Counted from the first letter of the whole stretch, positions 12,184 through 22,933 are shown. The stretch: DNA of 27,987 nt, filler included, from an uncultured virus (IMG/VR IMGVR_UViG_2061766007_001087) (2 parts of one record of this genome joined end to end with filler, not necessarily neighbours in it), one strand, 5' to 3'. Notes: generated by a model from the letters alone, not told the origin. Translations and numbers: made by a program.

Positions 12184-14077
12184 CCTAATAAAATTTGTGC
12201 AGGAGTAATTGCTACTGGCATAAGAAAGTCTCTTTCCCAATCAAATATAGAATCTATCTTATCCTGTACATCTGTAGGTAATCTAGTTAAATACTCATAT
12301 GTTTTACCAGATACAGCAGTATATAACTGCATTGCATTAGTACTTAGTATAGCAGCAATCATTGCTGCATTCATACCATTCATTTTCTTATGCATATCTA
12401 ACTCTTCCTGAAATTCCTGCATTTCCTTATTCAGGGATTTCATCTGATTAGATATTTTTTTCATATCCTTTTGTATATACCGACCTAGTTCAGTAACCAG
12501 TGCAGTAAACATCTGTTTAATTACTTCCTGTAACACAAAAGAAAGTAACTTACTCGCTGCTGCACTTTGTCCATATATACTCATAACTATAGCAGCAATT
12601 ACAGCAATAATAATAGTAACTATAGGACCCAGTACTTTAAGAAATAACCTAACAGTAATTTGCATTGGCATATTCTGGAGTTTCTTCATAAACCCCATAA
12701 ACTTATTATATATCTTACCTATAAAAGTATTTTTCAATACAGTAGCAAACAGTACACCCAGTTCACCAAATAACAGATAATCATTCATTAACTCCATTAA
12801 CCTAAAATTAAGTTTAACGAATTTACCTAACTTGGTTTCAAAGAAAGATTTACTTACTTTCTCGTGGTAATCAAATACTAATCTGGTAGAAGTAANNNNN
12901 NNNNNNNNNNNNNNNNNNNTACTGATAATTTCTTAAGTACATCTGTATTTAAAGGGAATATAAATCCTCCTTCTTTTACATAGGAGGAATCATATAAGTT
13001 ACTAGGAATACTCTCTGATACAGCAGTTTCATTTAATACTATATCAGTTAATTNNNNNNNNNNNNNNNNNNNNNNNNNNNNNNNNNNNNNNNNNNNNNNN
13101 NNNNNNNNNNNNNNNNNNNNNNNNNNTGGTTTTATATATACGACTACGTTTACCAGGGTGGTCTACTATATCTCTGGTAATAGTACCCCATTCCAATAAG
13201 AAACCAGAGAGATAATCCTGTAGTTTAATATAGTTATTACTACCATATTGTTTATATAAATACTCTATAAAATAATATATGTACTTATCTAGATACTGAC
13301 TGGTAGAACTAATAGGTACACCAAAAGTAATATAAGCTTCATTTATCTTCTTAAAGTTACTAGCANNNNNNNNNNNNNNNNNNNNNNNNNNNNNNNNNNN
13401 NNNNNNNNNNNNNNNNNNNNNNNNNNNNNNNNNNNNNNNNNNNNNNNNNNNNNNNNNNNNNNNNNNNNNNNNNACTTTTCTTCTTCTGGATTAGAATCCA
13501 GTACATAGGTAGCATATACATATAAATCTAACTGACTGTTAGCATCTATATCCAGTTCATACTGTACTGTATCTTCTTCGTCTTCCGGGTTCTTAAATAT
13601 TGCTACCAGTTTACTTGTATGTAATATACTGGAGTTTATTCTTACTAACTCTGTACCATCATATTCGTATATACCACCTAATTTATCTCCTGGTTCATAA
13701 CCAGGGTAATCCTGTCTAATAACATCTTGTAAATAAATTAGTGGATTAAGTGGAGCAGTAGAACTGGTACGTATAGTAATAGATTCTCCTTCCAGAGATT
13801 CTATATACGCTTTTAATTTAGGTTTGGATATTCTGGTAGATCTTTCTTTAGAATCAAAAGTACCCCAGATAAAATGCTTTCTTGCCCATTTCTGAGCACC
13901 CATTAACTTGGTATAAAAACAATGTTCTATCTGAGTATTAAATACTTCTGTAAAAGACATATGCTGCTTACAGGCAACATATGCAGATGTTTTTGCTAAA
14001 TCTATAGCATCTTCATCATTTGTATAAAATGAGGAATAATACCTATCTCGTACTTTTTTAGAACCCCACATACCCAT
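12184..14077 (-). CDS. N4 gp53-like virion protein (split by gaps; 3' end at or inside the gap ending 12183)
   Basis: Starts MGMWGSKKVR. Hand-translated intervening segments are open and gp53-like: EAYITFGVPISSTSQYLDKYIYYF, EGGFIFPLNTDVLKKLS and RLVFDYHEKVSKSFFETKLGKF. These are followed by hydrophobic segments (VLGPIVTIIIAVIAAIVMSIYG) and a coiled coil. Synteny agrees. Confidence 0.75.
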
Positions 14078-14097
14078 AGGATTATTCCTCTATCCGG

Positions 14098-14942
14098 TTA
14101 CTCTTCCTCTTCCTCTTCTCTGTCTGATTCGGAGGAAGCATTAGCATCTATCTCTGCTGGATCCAGTCCATAAGTTTCCAGTAAGAAGTTTTCTACTGCT
14201 TTTACTCTAGAACCATTATAACCAAATGCACTTGGCTTAAGATCTGTAAGAGTAGTTTGGTTAGTAGAGAAGGATTGTAAATAGTGCTCTGCCATAGCCC
14301 TAATACCACCCTTCCTGACTTCTTCACACTGGGCTTGCTGTACAGCAATAGAAGCACCTTCCGTACCTGCTATATCATGCGTTCTAGTAAATATAGTAGT
14401 AGGATCTAATGGATCTTCTGGATTTACATAACCTATCTTATCTTGGGTCTTTGCTTGTTCAGAAAGTATCTGTTGTACAGAAAGCATCATCTGTTTTTCC
14501 AGTAAAGCATTCTGAAGTTTCTGACCTTCTATTTTAGCTTCAGTTAATTCAATCTCTTTAATAGTAGCCTGAGTTTGTGCCTTGGTATTTTCTACCTGTG
14601 CTTTAGCTAACTCTATTTGTGCAATAGTAGCCTGTATTTCAGCCTNNNNNNNNNNNNNNNNNNNNNNNNNNNNNNNNNNNNNGCTTCCCAGTAGGCTTTC
14701 TTTGCTTCTATGGCATAAGAAAATCCACCCTGTAATGCTATCTGTAAAGACTGTATATATGCAGTGGAATACAAAGAACCATCTATACGATGGTCCTTGA
14801 ATTCAGCCTGCAGATGCTGGTCGATAGCCTTCATTACAACATCAAAGACACCTCTACCAACAAGGGTATCAGCACCTTCTNNNNNNNNNNNNNNNNNNNN
14901 NNTATCTATTGGAGTAAGTAATGCAGTAGTATCAATTTCCAT
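14098..14942 (-). CDS. N4 gp54-like virion structural protein (split by gap 14646-14682)
   Basis: Contains GRGVFDVVMKAIDQHLQAEFKDHRIDG, the motif typical of gp54. A coiled-coil middle (AEIQATIAQIELAKAQVENTKAQ...) runs in frame into MMLSVQQILSEQAKTQD. Acidic C-terminus. Confidence 0.8.
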
Positions 14943-15358
14943 TAATTAGCACCTAATTCTTCATCATTACTTCTAACACGCTGGGCTTTAGCAAGTGCTT
15001 CTAATTCGTCTTTAGTAAGATTAGGAAGAATCTCAATAGTATATTCTGGTAATTCTTTTAAGAAAATATGACCATTCTTATCTAATTGAGGTAAGCAATA
15101 CTTCTTATCCTTTAAGTACATATACAGTACATTTTCAATATGAGTACTGTCTTTGTTAAAAGGAATAAATCTAGATAATCTAGATATAAGAGGATTAATT
15201 ACAGTTATTACTTCTCCATCCAGTACTTGTTTATTTGGATTATTATTAGTAATCCTGCATCTGATTAACCGCATTAATTCCATCTTGCATTCTTGCTTGG
15301 ATTTAGGCTTTGCAGTTTCCTTTACTTCAGTAGTAACTTCTTTATCTGATTTAGCCAT
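14942..15358 (-). CDS. N4 gp55-like protein
   Basis: RLIRCRITNNNPNKQVLDGEVITVIN...RFIPF...LPEYTIEILPNLTKDELEALAKAQ matches the gp55 family. It sits directly downstream of the MCP and has an AGGAG RBS. Confidence 0.85.
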   Translation of the reverse strand: MAKSDKEVTTEVKETAKPKSKQECKMELMRLIRCRITNNNPNKQVLDGEVITVINPLISRLSRFIPFNKDSTHIENVLYMYLKDKKYCLPQLDKNGHIFLKELPEYTIEILPNLTKDELEALAKAQRVRSNDEELGAN

Positions 15359-15369
15359 TTCTTTCTCCT

Positions 15370-15398
15370 AAAAAAAGGTAGCAAGTTGCCTTGCTACC
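15370..15398 (-). terminator. Rho-independent terminator after the major capsid gene
   Basis: Minus strand reads GGTAGCAAG-GCAA-CTTGCTACC-TTTTTTT: a perfect 9-bp stem, a GNRA loop and a U7 tract, ~11 nt after the MCP stop. Confidence 0.9.
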
Positions 15399-15409
15399 AA
15401 CAAACTAAA

Positions 15410-16674
15410 TTAAATCTCAGCAACAGTATACATTACTGCAATACGTTCTGGTCTCTGTGCAAGGAAGCCGTACCACCATTGCATAGAGGTGAAACCAGTC
15501 TTACCATATGGATCAGATCTGTCTGCAGTAGCCATACCAGGCATCTTGGTATATACACGTACCTTACCATCTCTACCAGTAGACTGGAATCCAAGAGTAG
15601 TAAAGGAATCATCACCAATGATGAGGATTGGGTATACATCGAACTTAGTAGCATTACCTACGGTAGTACCACGGTAGTTACCATCAGTAGAACCCTGTGT
15701 AGTAAGATCCTGTGTTGCACCAGCACCACCCCAGTACAGAGCTTCTGGTACTACTACGAATCTGAAGTTACCTACCTTACCTACCTCACGTGGGTGAGTA
15801 TAACCACCAGCAGCATATTGCTCTACAGGTACCCAAGCAGGATTGTTATTGTAGTCCTTAATCTTCTCCAGCATAGGAATAAGAGCATTAGAAATAAATG
15901 CAAACCTAGCACTAGGAATAGTCTTAGTATCAATATATCTGGTACCAGTAAACATAGAGGTAGAACCAGGAACACGAAGGTCATCCAGTGCAAGAGACAG
16001 TTTCTGGAAGTCACCATAGGTAGGAATTGCAGAACCATCTACAGCAGCCTTCAGTGAAGTAGGAGTTACACCTTGAGCAGCCAGATTAGCAAGACCAGTA
16101 CCAGGAACATAAATAGTACCAGCAGCATTAAGAATATCTGTCTGGAGCATTGCCTCCTGTAACTGTACAGCACCTCTAACAGCCTGAGAAGCCATATTCT
16201 GAAGCAGGTCAGTCTGTGTATCAAAATTCAGTGCATCCTCAGTGAACTCATAGAAGAAGCCATATTGTTGAATAGTACCCNNNNNNNNNNNNNNNNNNNN
16301 NCAACACGGTTAACTCTACCACCTTGCTCACCAAGAGTTGGGAGTCTGGAAGAGATTACACCAATATCTCTGGAAGAACCATATAAGTTACCATTAGGGT
16401 TATTGGAGTTAACACCAGATTGTCCAGCAGCGTCAATACCCTGGTCATTAATGTTCTTATCATCAATCATCAGAACATCTACATAACGCTTAATAGCAAC
16501 ACCAGTGTTCTTAGGAATCTCAATGGTAGAAGACATATTAGAGAATACAATCTCTTTAGCCTGCTCTGCCAGTGCTTTCTTAATATAAAGAAAATCTACT
16601 AACTGTGGACCAATAGTAGATGGAGTAGAAGTACCTGTTCTAAAACCCGCTGGGTCATTAAATAAATGTGCCAT
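15410..16674 (-). CDS. Major capsid protein, N4 gp56 family (split only by gap 16281-16300)
   Basis: Hallmark motifs are present: DDKNINDQGIDA, NGNLYGSSRDIG..LPTLGEQGGRVNRV, GTRYIDTKTI, DVYPILIIGDDSFTTLGFQ and TKMPG..TADRSDPYGKTGFTSMQWWYGFL..RPER. Confidence 0.97.
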
Positions 16675-16678
16675 AATA

Positions 16679-17632
16679 TCACCTTAAAATAGAGTTTAAA
16701 TCCAACTTTAAAATTTCTTCATCAGACATATCGTAGTATTTACTCATATCNNNNNNNNNNACCTTTAGGAGTTGCTGCTACAGCTTTCTTTGCAGTTGCT
16801 TTAGCATTCTCCGTAGGTTGTTTAGGAGAATCACTTAATTTGCCAGCCTCAAAGAGCATCTTACCTACATTGAAATAGTTGNNNNNNNNNNNNNNNNNNN
16901 NCCAAGAGTCTTCAGACGTTTAATCTCTTTAGTAATTTTCTGGTAATCTCCAGTCTTAATCTGATTATTCAATACAGTAATTAAATCTGGGTTATCATAA
17001 AACTTACTTTTAGAGGTATTATCCATCTTTGATATTACATCTAATGTATCTTCATACTTATCCTGATTTTTGATGTTGTCTAGTACATCCTGTACCTGTA
17101 GTTCCTTATCAGTAACTATATAATTACTAGGAGAGTACTCTGACTTGTCATTAAAATCTGTATAAATATCCAGTCCATTATCTGCTATCAGTTTGGATAT
17201 GGCTTTAGGATTTCCTTTCATAAGATCAACAATAAAGTTAATCTTATCTTCAGATAAGAGTTCATTTTTTTCTAAGGTTTTGGCAATCTTTTGAATAGGT
17301 TTAATCTTATCCTTATATGAGGCATACTGTATACCCATACGGGCAAGTTGCATCATATCCTCTTCCGAGTTTAAAGGAATATCTTCATCACCTATTTTAA
17401 ATGATCCAAATTTAGGAGATTCTGCTGTCTTATCATCAGCAGTACCTTCCTTCTGTTCAACCTGAGCAGTCTCTTCCGGTTCCTCAAAGCTAGACTCCTT
17501 ATTATCTGAATCTTCCAGGTTTGCCATCATTTTCTGTTTAGATTGAATATACTTTTCTATATCTTCTATAGGGGTATTAAGTATCTCTTCATCTGATAAA
17601 TTAGCAATGGCTAAATCGGCTTCTTCTGGAGT
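16679..17632 (-). CDS. N4 gp57-like protein (scaffold/'tape measure'-annotated family); start in gap 17633-17691
   Basis: The frame is open upstream of the track's start (TPEEADLAIANLSDEEILN...). Core motifs: QLARMG..Y..K..IKP, LEKNELLSEDKINFIVDL.KGNPKAI.KLI. The C-terminus after the gaps reads YYDMSDEEILKLDLNSILR then TGA, just upstream of the MCP start. Confidence 0.8.
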
Positions 17633-17691
17633 NNNNNNNNNNNNNNNNNNNNNNNNNNNNNNNNNNNNNNNNNNNNNNNNNNNNNNNNNNN

Positions 17692-17895
17692 TAATACACC
17701 TACCGCAGTAATTCTTGATTCAATATATTTCTTAAAATCTGGATTCAGAAATGCACTCTGGGTAGAGTTCATCTGAACCAACTGGAGTACATACTCCTTT
17801 AAGAAATCTTCCTGAATAACCAGCTTAAAATCCTTATTATCAAACAGTCTTTTAAGTGCATCCGCTAAATCAATCTTATGCTGTAACTCGTCCAT
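17692..17895 (-). CDS. N4 gp58-like small protein (3' end in gap)
   Basis: ALKRLFDNKDFKLVIQEDFL motif; lies between the portal and the gp57-like gene; start overlaps the portal stop. Confidence 0.75.
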
Positions 17896-20246
17896 TAAAA
17901 GTCTCCATTAAATAGATCAGTATCCAGTGGGTTACTTGTATCAGTAGAACCCACATTCCTGTTTTGGTAACTTCTCATTCTAGCCTGCAACTTGGCTTTC
18001 TCTATATCTCTACGTAAGTTAGCTGCTGCCTGTGCAGACTGTAATCTCATTTGTTTAGCGAAATCCTTTCCACTAATCTTTTCCTGTAAATCAAACATAT
18101 CAGAAGCAGTAGCATTCTGCAGATTAGCAGCTTGTGCCTGTTTAAGCTCTGTAGTAGCTCTCTGTTCTGCAATAGTACCCTCAACATTATTCTGAGCGAT
18201 ATTAGCATTAACTGCTTCTGTCTGTGCTTTAGCAGCACTCAACTGAGCATCAGCATTCAGCTTCTGTATCTCTGCTTCCAACTTAGCATTAAGTAATTGC
18301 CAGTTTCTTAACTGTTCCTGCATTATCTGCTGTTGCATTGGATCTGGCTTTGGTTCATATGTTTCTATACGTTTAGCCAGTTCTGGCATCTTTCTTAATT
18401 TAGCAATCTCAGACAGAATAAGATTCCTCATAGGAGTATCCATATCCTGTCCCAATGTCTGAAGCATAAAAGCAAGTTCCTGTGCTTTTAAGTCTTCCTG
18501 CTCATTGGTAGCAATATCTATTTCTAAATCAAAATTACCTGCTAAATCATCTCTTCTTACCAAAGCAAACTCTTCAGCAGTAATTCTAATAATCTCTTCC
18601 TCTGAAAGGAATTCTCCATTCATAGAAATAATCTTTCTGGCTACTTGTATCATACCAGCCATTATTCTACGGAGAATACCCATCTTACGTTCACCGGCAG
18701 AGTCCAGCATACCCTTTACCTGGGTAGCAGAAGCTTCATCAGTGACCTGCATATTACCAGTACCATATGCTCTAATACCACTAATGTTCTCAGCTTCCTG
18801 AGTTTGGATAGCCATCATAGCAAGTACTGTCTGTGGTACTTCCGGGAATGTATGCTGGTATATAGCCATTCTTGGGTCAACATTCATATTAAATTCATAG
18901 TCCTGACCCAAGTCGAACTTATGTTTATTTATAGAATCTAATGCACCTTTAGCAAAACCAGTCTGAGAATTAGCACTCTTACCAAGTAAATCTAATATAC
19001 TTCTGGTAATAGCTCCATTTATCTTCTGATTATCTTCCAGTAAACTTGCATCTGGTTCTCCATAGATACTATCCATTTTAGGAAGATACTTAAATAAAAC
19101 AAAAGGTAATGCCTTATCTGGATAAGGATTTTCTTCACACCTTATCATAGTATTACCTACCCAAGTAGCTACTATTGCTTTCTTGGTTTTATTTTTATCT
19201 ATGTCCCAGTTACCCCAGTACTCGTATGCAATGAACTTTTGTCTAGCATCATCCTTAAAATTAAAACTGGTGAATTCATCATCTAATAATAAATCACCAG
19301 CATCTATATCTCTTATTTCTATTTTATCCAGATTCTTGTATATACCCGCTTTCTTTAGTTCAGCTATACTGGTCTCAAACTTGTATATAACAAACTCTGC
19401 ATTAGACAAATCAGTACAGGTAGGGTCTATTACTATATCTGTATATTTGCATACCTTTACTGTAGGTCTGTTAATAACCTTCTCTCTTGTTACATACTGA
19501 GAAGAAACTCTGGCAGGATATACCGGGGAGAACTCAGGTATCTCTACTTCCTCTGGTTTTAATCCCTGCTGCATTAACTGCTGTGCCTGCTGCTCCAGTA
19601 ATTGTATTTGTTCAATCTGGTTTACATTAAATTCGGTAGGCTCTATCCATTCTTCTGGCATAGCCTTCTTTAAGATAGGGTCATTATACAAGTCCATCAT
19701 CTTATCAATGGTAGCTCGTATAGCACCCTTCTTATCTAACTGAGCATTATATGGATATGTCTGATATACTGGTTCCAGTACTTCTACTGTTTCTTTAAAG
19801 TAATCCCAACCAACACGTACAATAGCAGTACCATCATTAACGGTAGTACGTATTAGATTATCTATAAACTCTACCTTATTAATTACTGTATTAAACTGAT
19901 TATTTAATACCAGCTCATTCTGGTAAGCAGCAAAGGTATCTTCAAATGCTACCGGTTTTACTTTAAATATATCTGGAGAAGAAAGGAATGGTTCAGATAA
20001 ACTGGCATATCTCCATTCAGCCTGTTTTCTAATTAACTTTGGTNNNNNNNNNNNNNNNNNNNNNNNNNNNNNNNNNNNNNNNNNNNNNNNNNNNNNNNNN
20101 NNNNCACTTCTTAACTTCACCTACATGGAAACTATAATCTCCAGTAGCATCAAGTAAGTTCTGCTTTAAATCATCTATAGTAGGTTCATTCTTCCACTTA
20201 GTTAATTTAGCTACTTTCTTAACTGCTGAAGTTATAGAATTAATTT
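17895..20246 (-). CDS. Portal protein, N4 gp59 family (true start in or next to gap 20247-20276)
   Basis: The upstream segment reads KLTKWKNEPTIDDLKQNLLDA. It continues with PKLIRKQAEWRYASLSEPFL, YEYWGNWDI, YGEPDASLLEDNQKI.GA.TR...DLLGKSANSQ and KAQELAFMLQTLG, all characteristic of the N4 portal. Confidence 0.96.
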
Positions 20247-20311
20247 NNNNNNNNNNNNNNNNNNNNNNNNNNNNNNATATTAAACTTTTTTAAAAAATCA
20301 AGGACTTTTTT

Positions 20312-20653
20312 ATGGTTTCTGAACATAAGTATATAAATACCATATTTAATGCCAATTTAGACTACTTCTCTGGTAATGTACTGGAAAGTATTATCCAGGG
20401 TAAGATTAGTTTATATAATGCTATACACTATTTAGAGTGTATGCTTGATTTAGGTTGGACGGGTAAGAATATAAATATCTCTTATGTAAGAGTATTGGTA
20501 AAAGATTATAAAGATACTCCTACAGAAGACTTACTTAATGACTTTGTAGGAGTACTGGAAGCTAATCTATATGGTAAAGCCAAAAGAGAAAATGCTATTA
20601 AGATTCTACTGGCTCATTTGAAGCTGGAAGTTCAGACGTTATTTCCCTCCTAA
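20312..20653 (+). CDS. Hypothetical protein, the only credible plus-strand gene; weak resemblance to DUF3310
   Basis: 113 aa with an AAGGA RBS, and no long ORF on the opposite strand over most of its length. LDYFSGNVL...LYNAIHYLE loosely recalls the DUF3310 pattern GN..KY...DL.KA..YL. Confidence 0.65.
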   Translation: MVSEHKYINTIFNANLDYFSGNVLESIIQGKISLYNAIHYLECMLDLGWTGKNINISYVRVLVKDYKDTPTEDLLNDFVGVLEANLYGKAKRENAIKILLAHLKLEVQTLFPS

Positions 20654-20864
20654 GTTTCCACTCATCTGACTGCATCATAGCAGAGAATACTTCATTAGGA
20701 ATACTATCTACTGAAACCTCATCTCCTTTTAAGAAATATCTCTTGGTAACTGTCCAGTCTTTAGTAAAGAACTGGACAGTGTGCTTAAACTTCTTATTAC
20801 TAAATTCGTATATAGGAGAATCTCTCTTATCCCTTATCTGAGTATAACATTCACTAATTCGCAT
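20598..20864 (-). CDS. Hypothetical protein (88 aa)
   Basis: AAGGA RBS within the end of the upstream gene; tightly packed operon. Confidence 0.7.
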   Translation of the reverse strand: MRISECYTQIRDKRDSPIYEFSNKKFKHTVQFFTKDWTVTKRYFLKGDEVSVDSIPNEVFSAMMQSDEWKLRREITSELPASNEPVES

Positions 20865-20865
20865 A

Positions 20866-21063
20866 TTAATCCTTATTCTTTTTCATATAAATAACCAAGG
20901 CAAGAGTACATAAATCTACTACACTCTGTTTATCAGTTTTAGTAATAAACTGCATACCTCTTCCCATTAGATTATTTAACAGTGTATCCACAGATATATC
21001 TTTAGGGTACAGGTAACTAGTATTTTCTTTAATATGTTCAATTAACTCATCTACCTTTTCCAT
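20866..21063 (-). CDS. Hypothetical protein (65 aa, probable start MEKVDEL)
   Basis: GGAGG lies ~7 nt upstream of the ATG at 21063; overlaps the end of the preceding gene. Confidence 0.65.
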   Translation of the reverse strand: MEKVDELIEHIKENTSYLYPKDISVDTLLNNLMGRGMQFITKTDKQSVVDLCTLALVIYMKKNKD

Positions 21064-21298
21064 GATATATCCTCCAAGCATGTAAACAAGCTACAGATAA
21101 ATGATACAGGTTTTCTTCCCAATCTGCCATAGACTTAGCATTAATTAGTTCATCAAATTCCATTTTAATTATAGAATTTGCACCATTTATATCTTCTGCA
21201 TACTTGTTCCATGTAGCAGGTCTATGTATATCTACCTCATGGCATTTGTGCATGAATTCAATATCTTCTGGTTCATTTTTCTTAGTGATTATTAACAT
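21047..21298 (-). CDS. Hypothetical His/Cys-containing protein (83 aa)
   Basis: Strong TAAGGAG RBS; intact ORF. Confidence 0.75.
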   Translation of the reverse strand: MLIITKKNEPEDIEFMHKCHEVDIHRPATWNKYAEDINGANSIIKMEFDELINAKSMADWEENLYHLSVACLHAWRIYHGKGR

Positions 21299-21312
21299 AT
21301 ATACTCCTTATT

Positions 21313-21333
21313 AAAAAGGGGTATTTCTACCCC
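21313..21333 (-). terminator. Rho-independent terminator after the Gly-rich gene
   Basis: Minus strand reads GGGGTA-GAAA-TACCCC-TTTTT. Confidence 0.8.
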
Positions 21334-21362
21334 CTCCTTAACCACATGATTATTTAAACGGT

Positions 21363-22024
21363 TTATGAACCAGTAGCAGTAGTTCTAGCTGCAGCACCAC
21401 CTAATTGAGCAATCAGATACTGATTCTGTAACAGGATGTTATTTTGGTTTTTAGCATCATTAAGAGCAGATTGAATTGCTTCAGTTTGAATTTGTCTTTG
21501 AAGTTCTCTATCTTTACAATTCTCTTCAAAGATTTGTCTAGATAACTCTGCATGTTGCTGAGCCAACTGTGCAGCTAACTGCTGAGTCTGTAGTCTATTC
21601 TCATATCCCTGGTTAGAGATATTCTGATTTACCTGAGCAATAGCCTGAGCCAGATTAGCTCCTAGAGCCATAATACCCTGAGTAAGGTTAGCACCTACAC
21701 CAGCCATTGCTAATCTGGTATCACCNNNNNNNNNNNNNNNNNNNNNNNNNNNNNNNNNNNNNNNNNNNNNNNNNNNNNNNNNNNNNNNNNNNNNNNNNNN
21801 NNNNNNNNNNNNNNNNNNNNNNNNNNNNNNNNNNNNNNNNNNNNAGTAGCAGATAACTGATTAGCAAGGAAGGTATTATTAGCCCAGTTATTACCATTAT
21901 TACCCCAACCACCATTCATACCTTGACCAAACCAGGAACCGATTAAGCCACCAAAGCCTGCACCGAGAGCTGGACCGCCTAATCCATTATTCGTATCAAC
22001 ATATGTATGCTCTACGTCTGACAT
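21363..22024 (-). CDS. Gly-rich N-terminus / Gln-rich coiled-coil protein of unknown function (~220 aa; one gene across gap 21726-21844)
   Basis: AAAGGA RBS. N-terminus GLGGPALGAGFGGLIGSWFGQGMNGGWG. The frame after the gap (GDTRLAMAGVG...) is continuous with the 21707 ORF, giving QGYENRLQTQQLAAQLAQQHAELSRQIFEENCKDRELQRQIQ. Confidence 0.8.
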
Positions 22025-22129
22025 GTGATATAATCCTTTTTGTTGTTGTGAAAAGTGAAANNNNNNNNNNNNNNNNNNNNNNNNNNNNNNNNNNNNNNNN
22101 NNNNNNNNNNNNNNNNNNNNCCAAAGAAA

Positions 22130-22768
22130 TTATTCCCAATCCAAAGTAGGTAACTGTCTTAATACCTCTCCAACAGTAGGCATAGGTATATCACCATTCT
22201 GAAATAATCCTAGTATTTCATAACACTTTCTCCAGCAATGATCTCTCCATGCTATAAACTGATTAGCTTCTAAATGGAATGTTTCATCTGTAGAATTAGC
22301 ATATGAACATATAGCAAATGCATCATCATACAGTTTTTCTCTTGCTTTAGAATCCAATAGATTCTGTACTGCTATTTGTATTTCTGTAACTCTTCTATTT
22401 ACTAATTCTTGTTGTATCTGTTCCTGTGTCTTATGAGGACATAGTTCCTTTCTATAAATCCAACCATTTATGTCAGATATATCTGTATCTTCAATAGGAA
22501 TATAGTTATTCACTATATCCCATCCCATTCTATATGCTTGTTCTGCTGATTCAGTAGAACTACCTAAATGACCATCTTCGTATATCTTTTCATAGAAATA
22601 AACATTAGAAGGAGCATTATCCCAAGGATTAGAGGGAGGTGTATTATCCACTATTTCTTGGCTTATTTCTTCTTCTATAGGCTCTTCTAATAGGGTAGTA
22701 TTATCTACCTTTGTATCTTCTAAATTAGACATATCTACGTTATTATTTTCCATATTTAACTCACTCAT
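22130..22768 (-). CDS. Putative tail-fibre assembly/chaperone-like protein
   Basis: The C-terminal pattern AVQ.LLD..A....YD.....SYA.S....F..EA..F.AWRD..W..CY.IL....G....PT..E.L..LP.L.W is typical of proteins encoded just after tail fibres. Acidic N-terminal extension; ATGA coupling to the upstream gene. Confidence 0.65.
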   Translation of the reverse strand: MSELNMENNNVDMSNLEDTKVDNTTLLEEPIEEEISQEIVDNTPPSNPWDNAPSNVYFYEKIYEDGHLGSSTESAEQAYRMGWDIVNNYIPIEDTDISDINGWIYRKELCPHKTQEQIQQELVNRRVTEIQIAVQNLLDSKAREKLYDDAFAICSYANSTDETFHLEANQFIAWRDHCWRKCYEILGLFQNGDIPMPTVGEVLRQLPTLDWE

Positions 22769-22908
22769 TTATTGTCCTCCCTGCGTTCTCTCATCCACTG
22801 TTCACAAAGTCTGTCATGCTCCCGTTCTGTACCTGTCATGTACCCCATGTAATACGCAACAAGTCCGATTATCAGAGAACATATCAAAGTTATTATCAGC
22901 GTTAGCAT
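22765..22908 (-). CDS. 47-aa single-pass membrane peptide, copy 1
   Basis: MLTLIITLICSLIIGLVAYYMGYMTGTEREHDRLCEQWMRERREDNK. The TAAGGAG RBS overlaps the fibre stop codon; paralog at 25503-25646. Confidence 0.85.
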   Translation of the reverse strand: MLTLIITLICSLIIGLVAYYMGYMTGTEREHDRLCEQWMRERREDNK

Positions 22909-22933
22909 TGTTTGCTCCTTAGACGTTGCCGAG
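22765..22933. repeat. Direct repeat B, copy 1 (fibre C-terminal LGNV, RBS and 47-aa gene)
   Basis: Aligns to 25503-25670; about 15 mismatches over the 144-nt gene by hand count. Confidence 0.95.

Noticed and set aside
1761..19500. Plus-strand ORFs in the track (e.g. 1761, 3063, 8677, 10014, 15386, 18505, 19183)
   Set aside because: They are antisense shadows of well-supported minus-strand genes, or are open only because of Ns.
15410..20246. Pseudogenes or programmed frameshifts in the MCP, gp57-like gene and portal (also gp53, gp54 and the fibres)
   Set aside because: Every frame change coincides with an N-run of estimated length, and conserved motifs continue on both sides.
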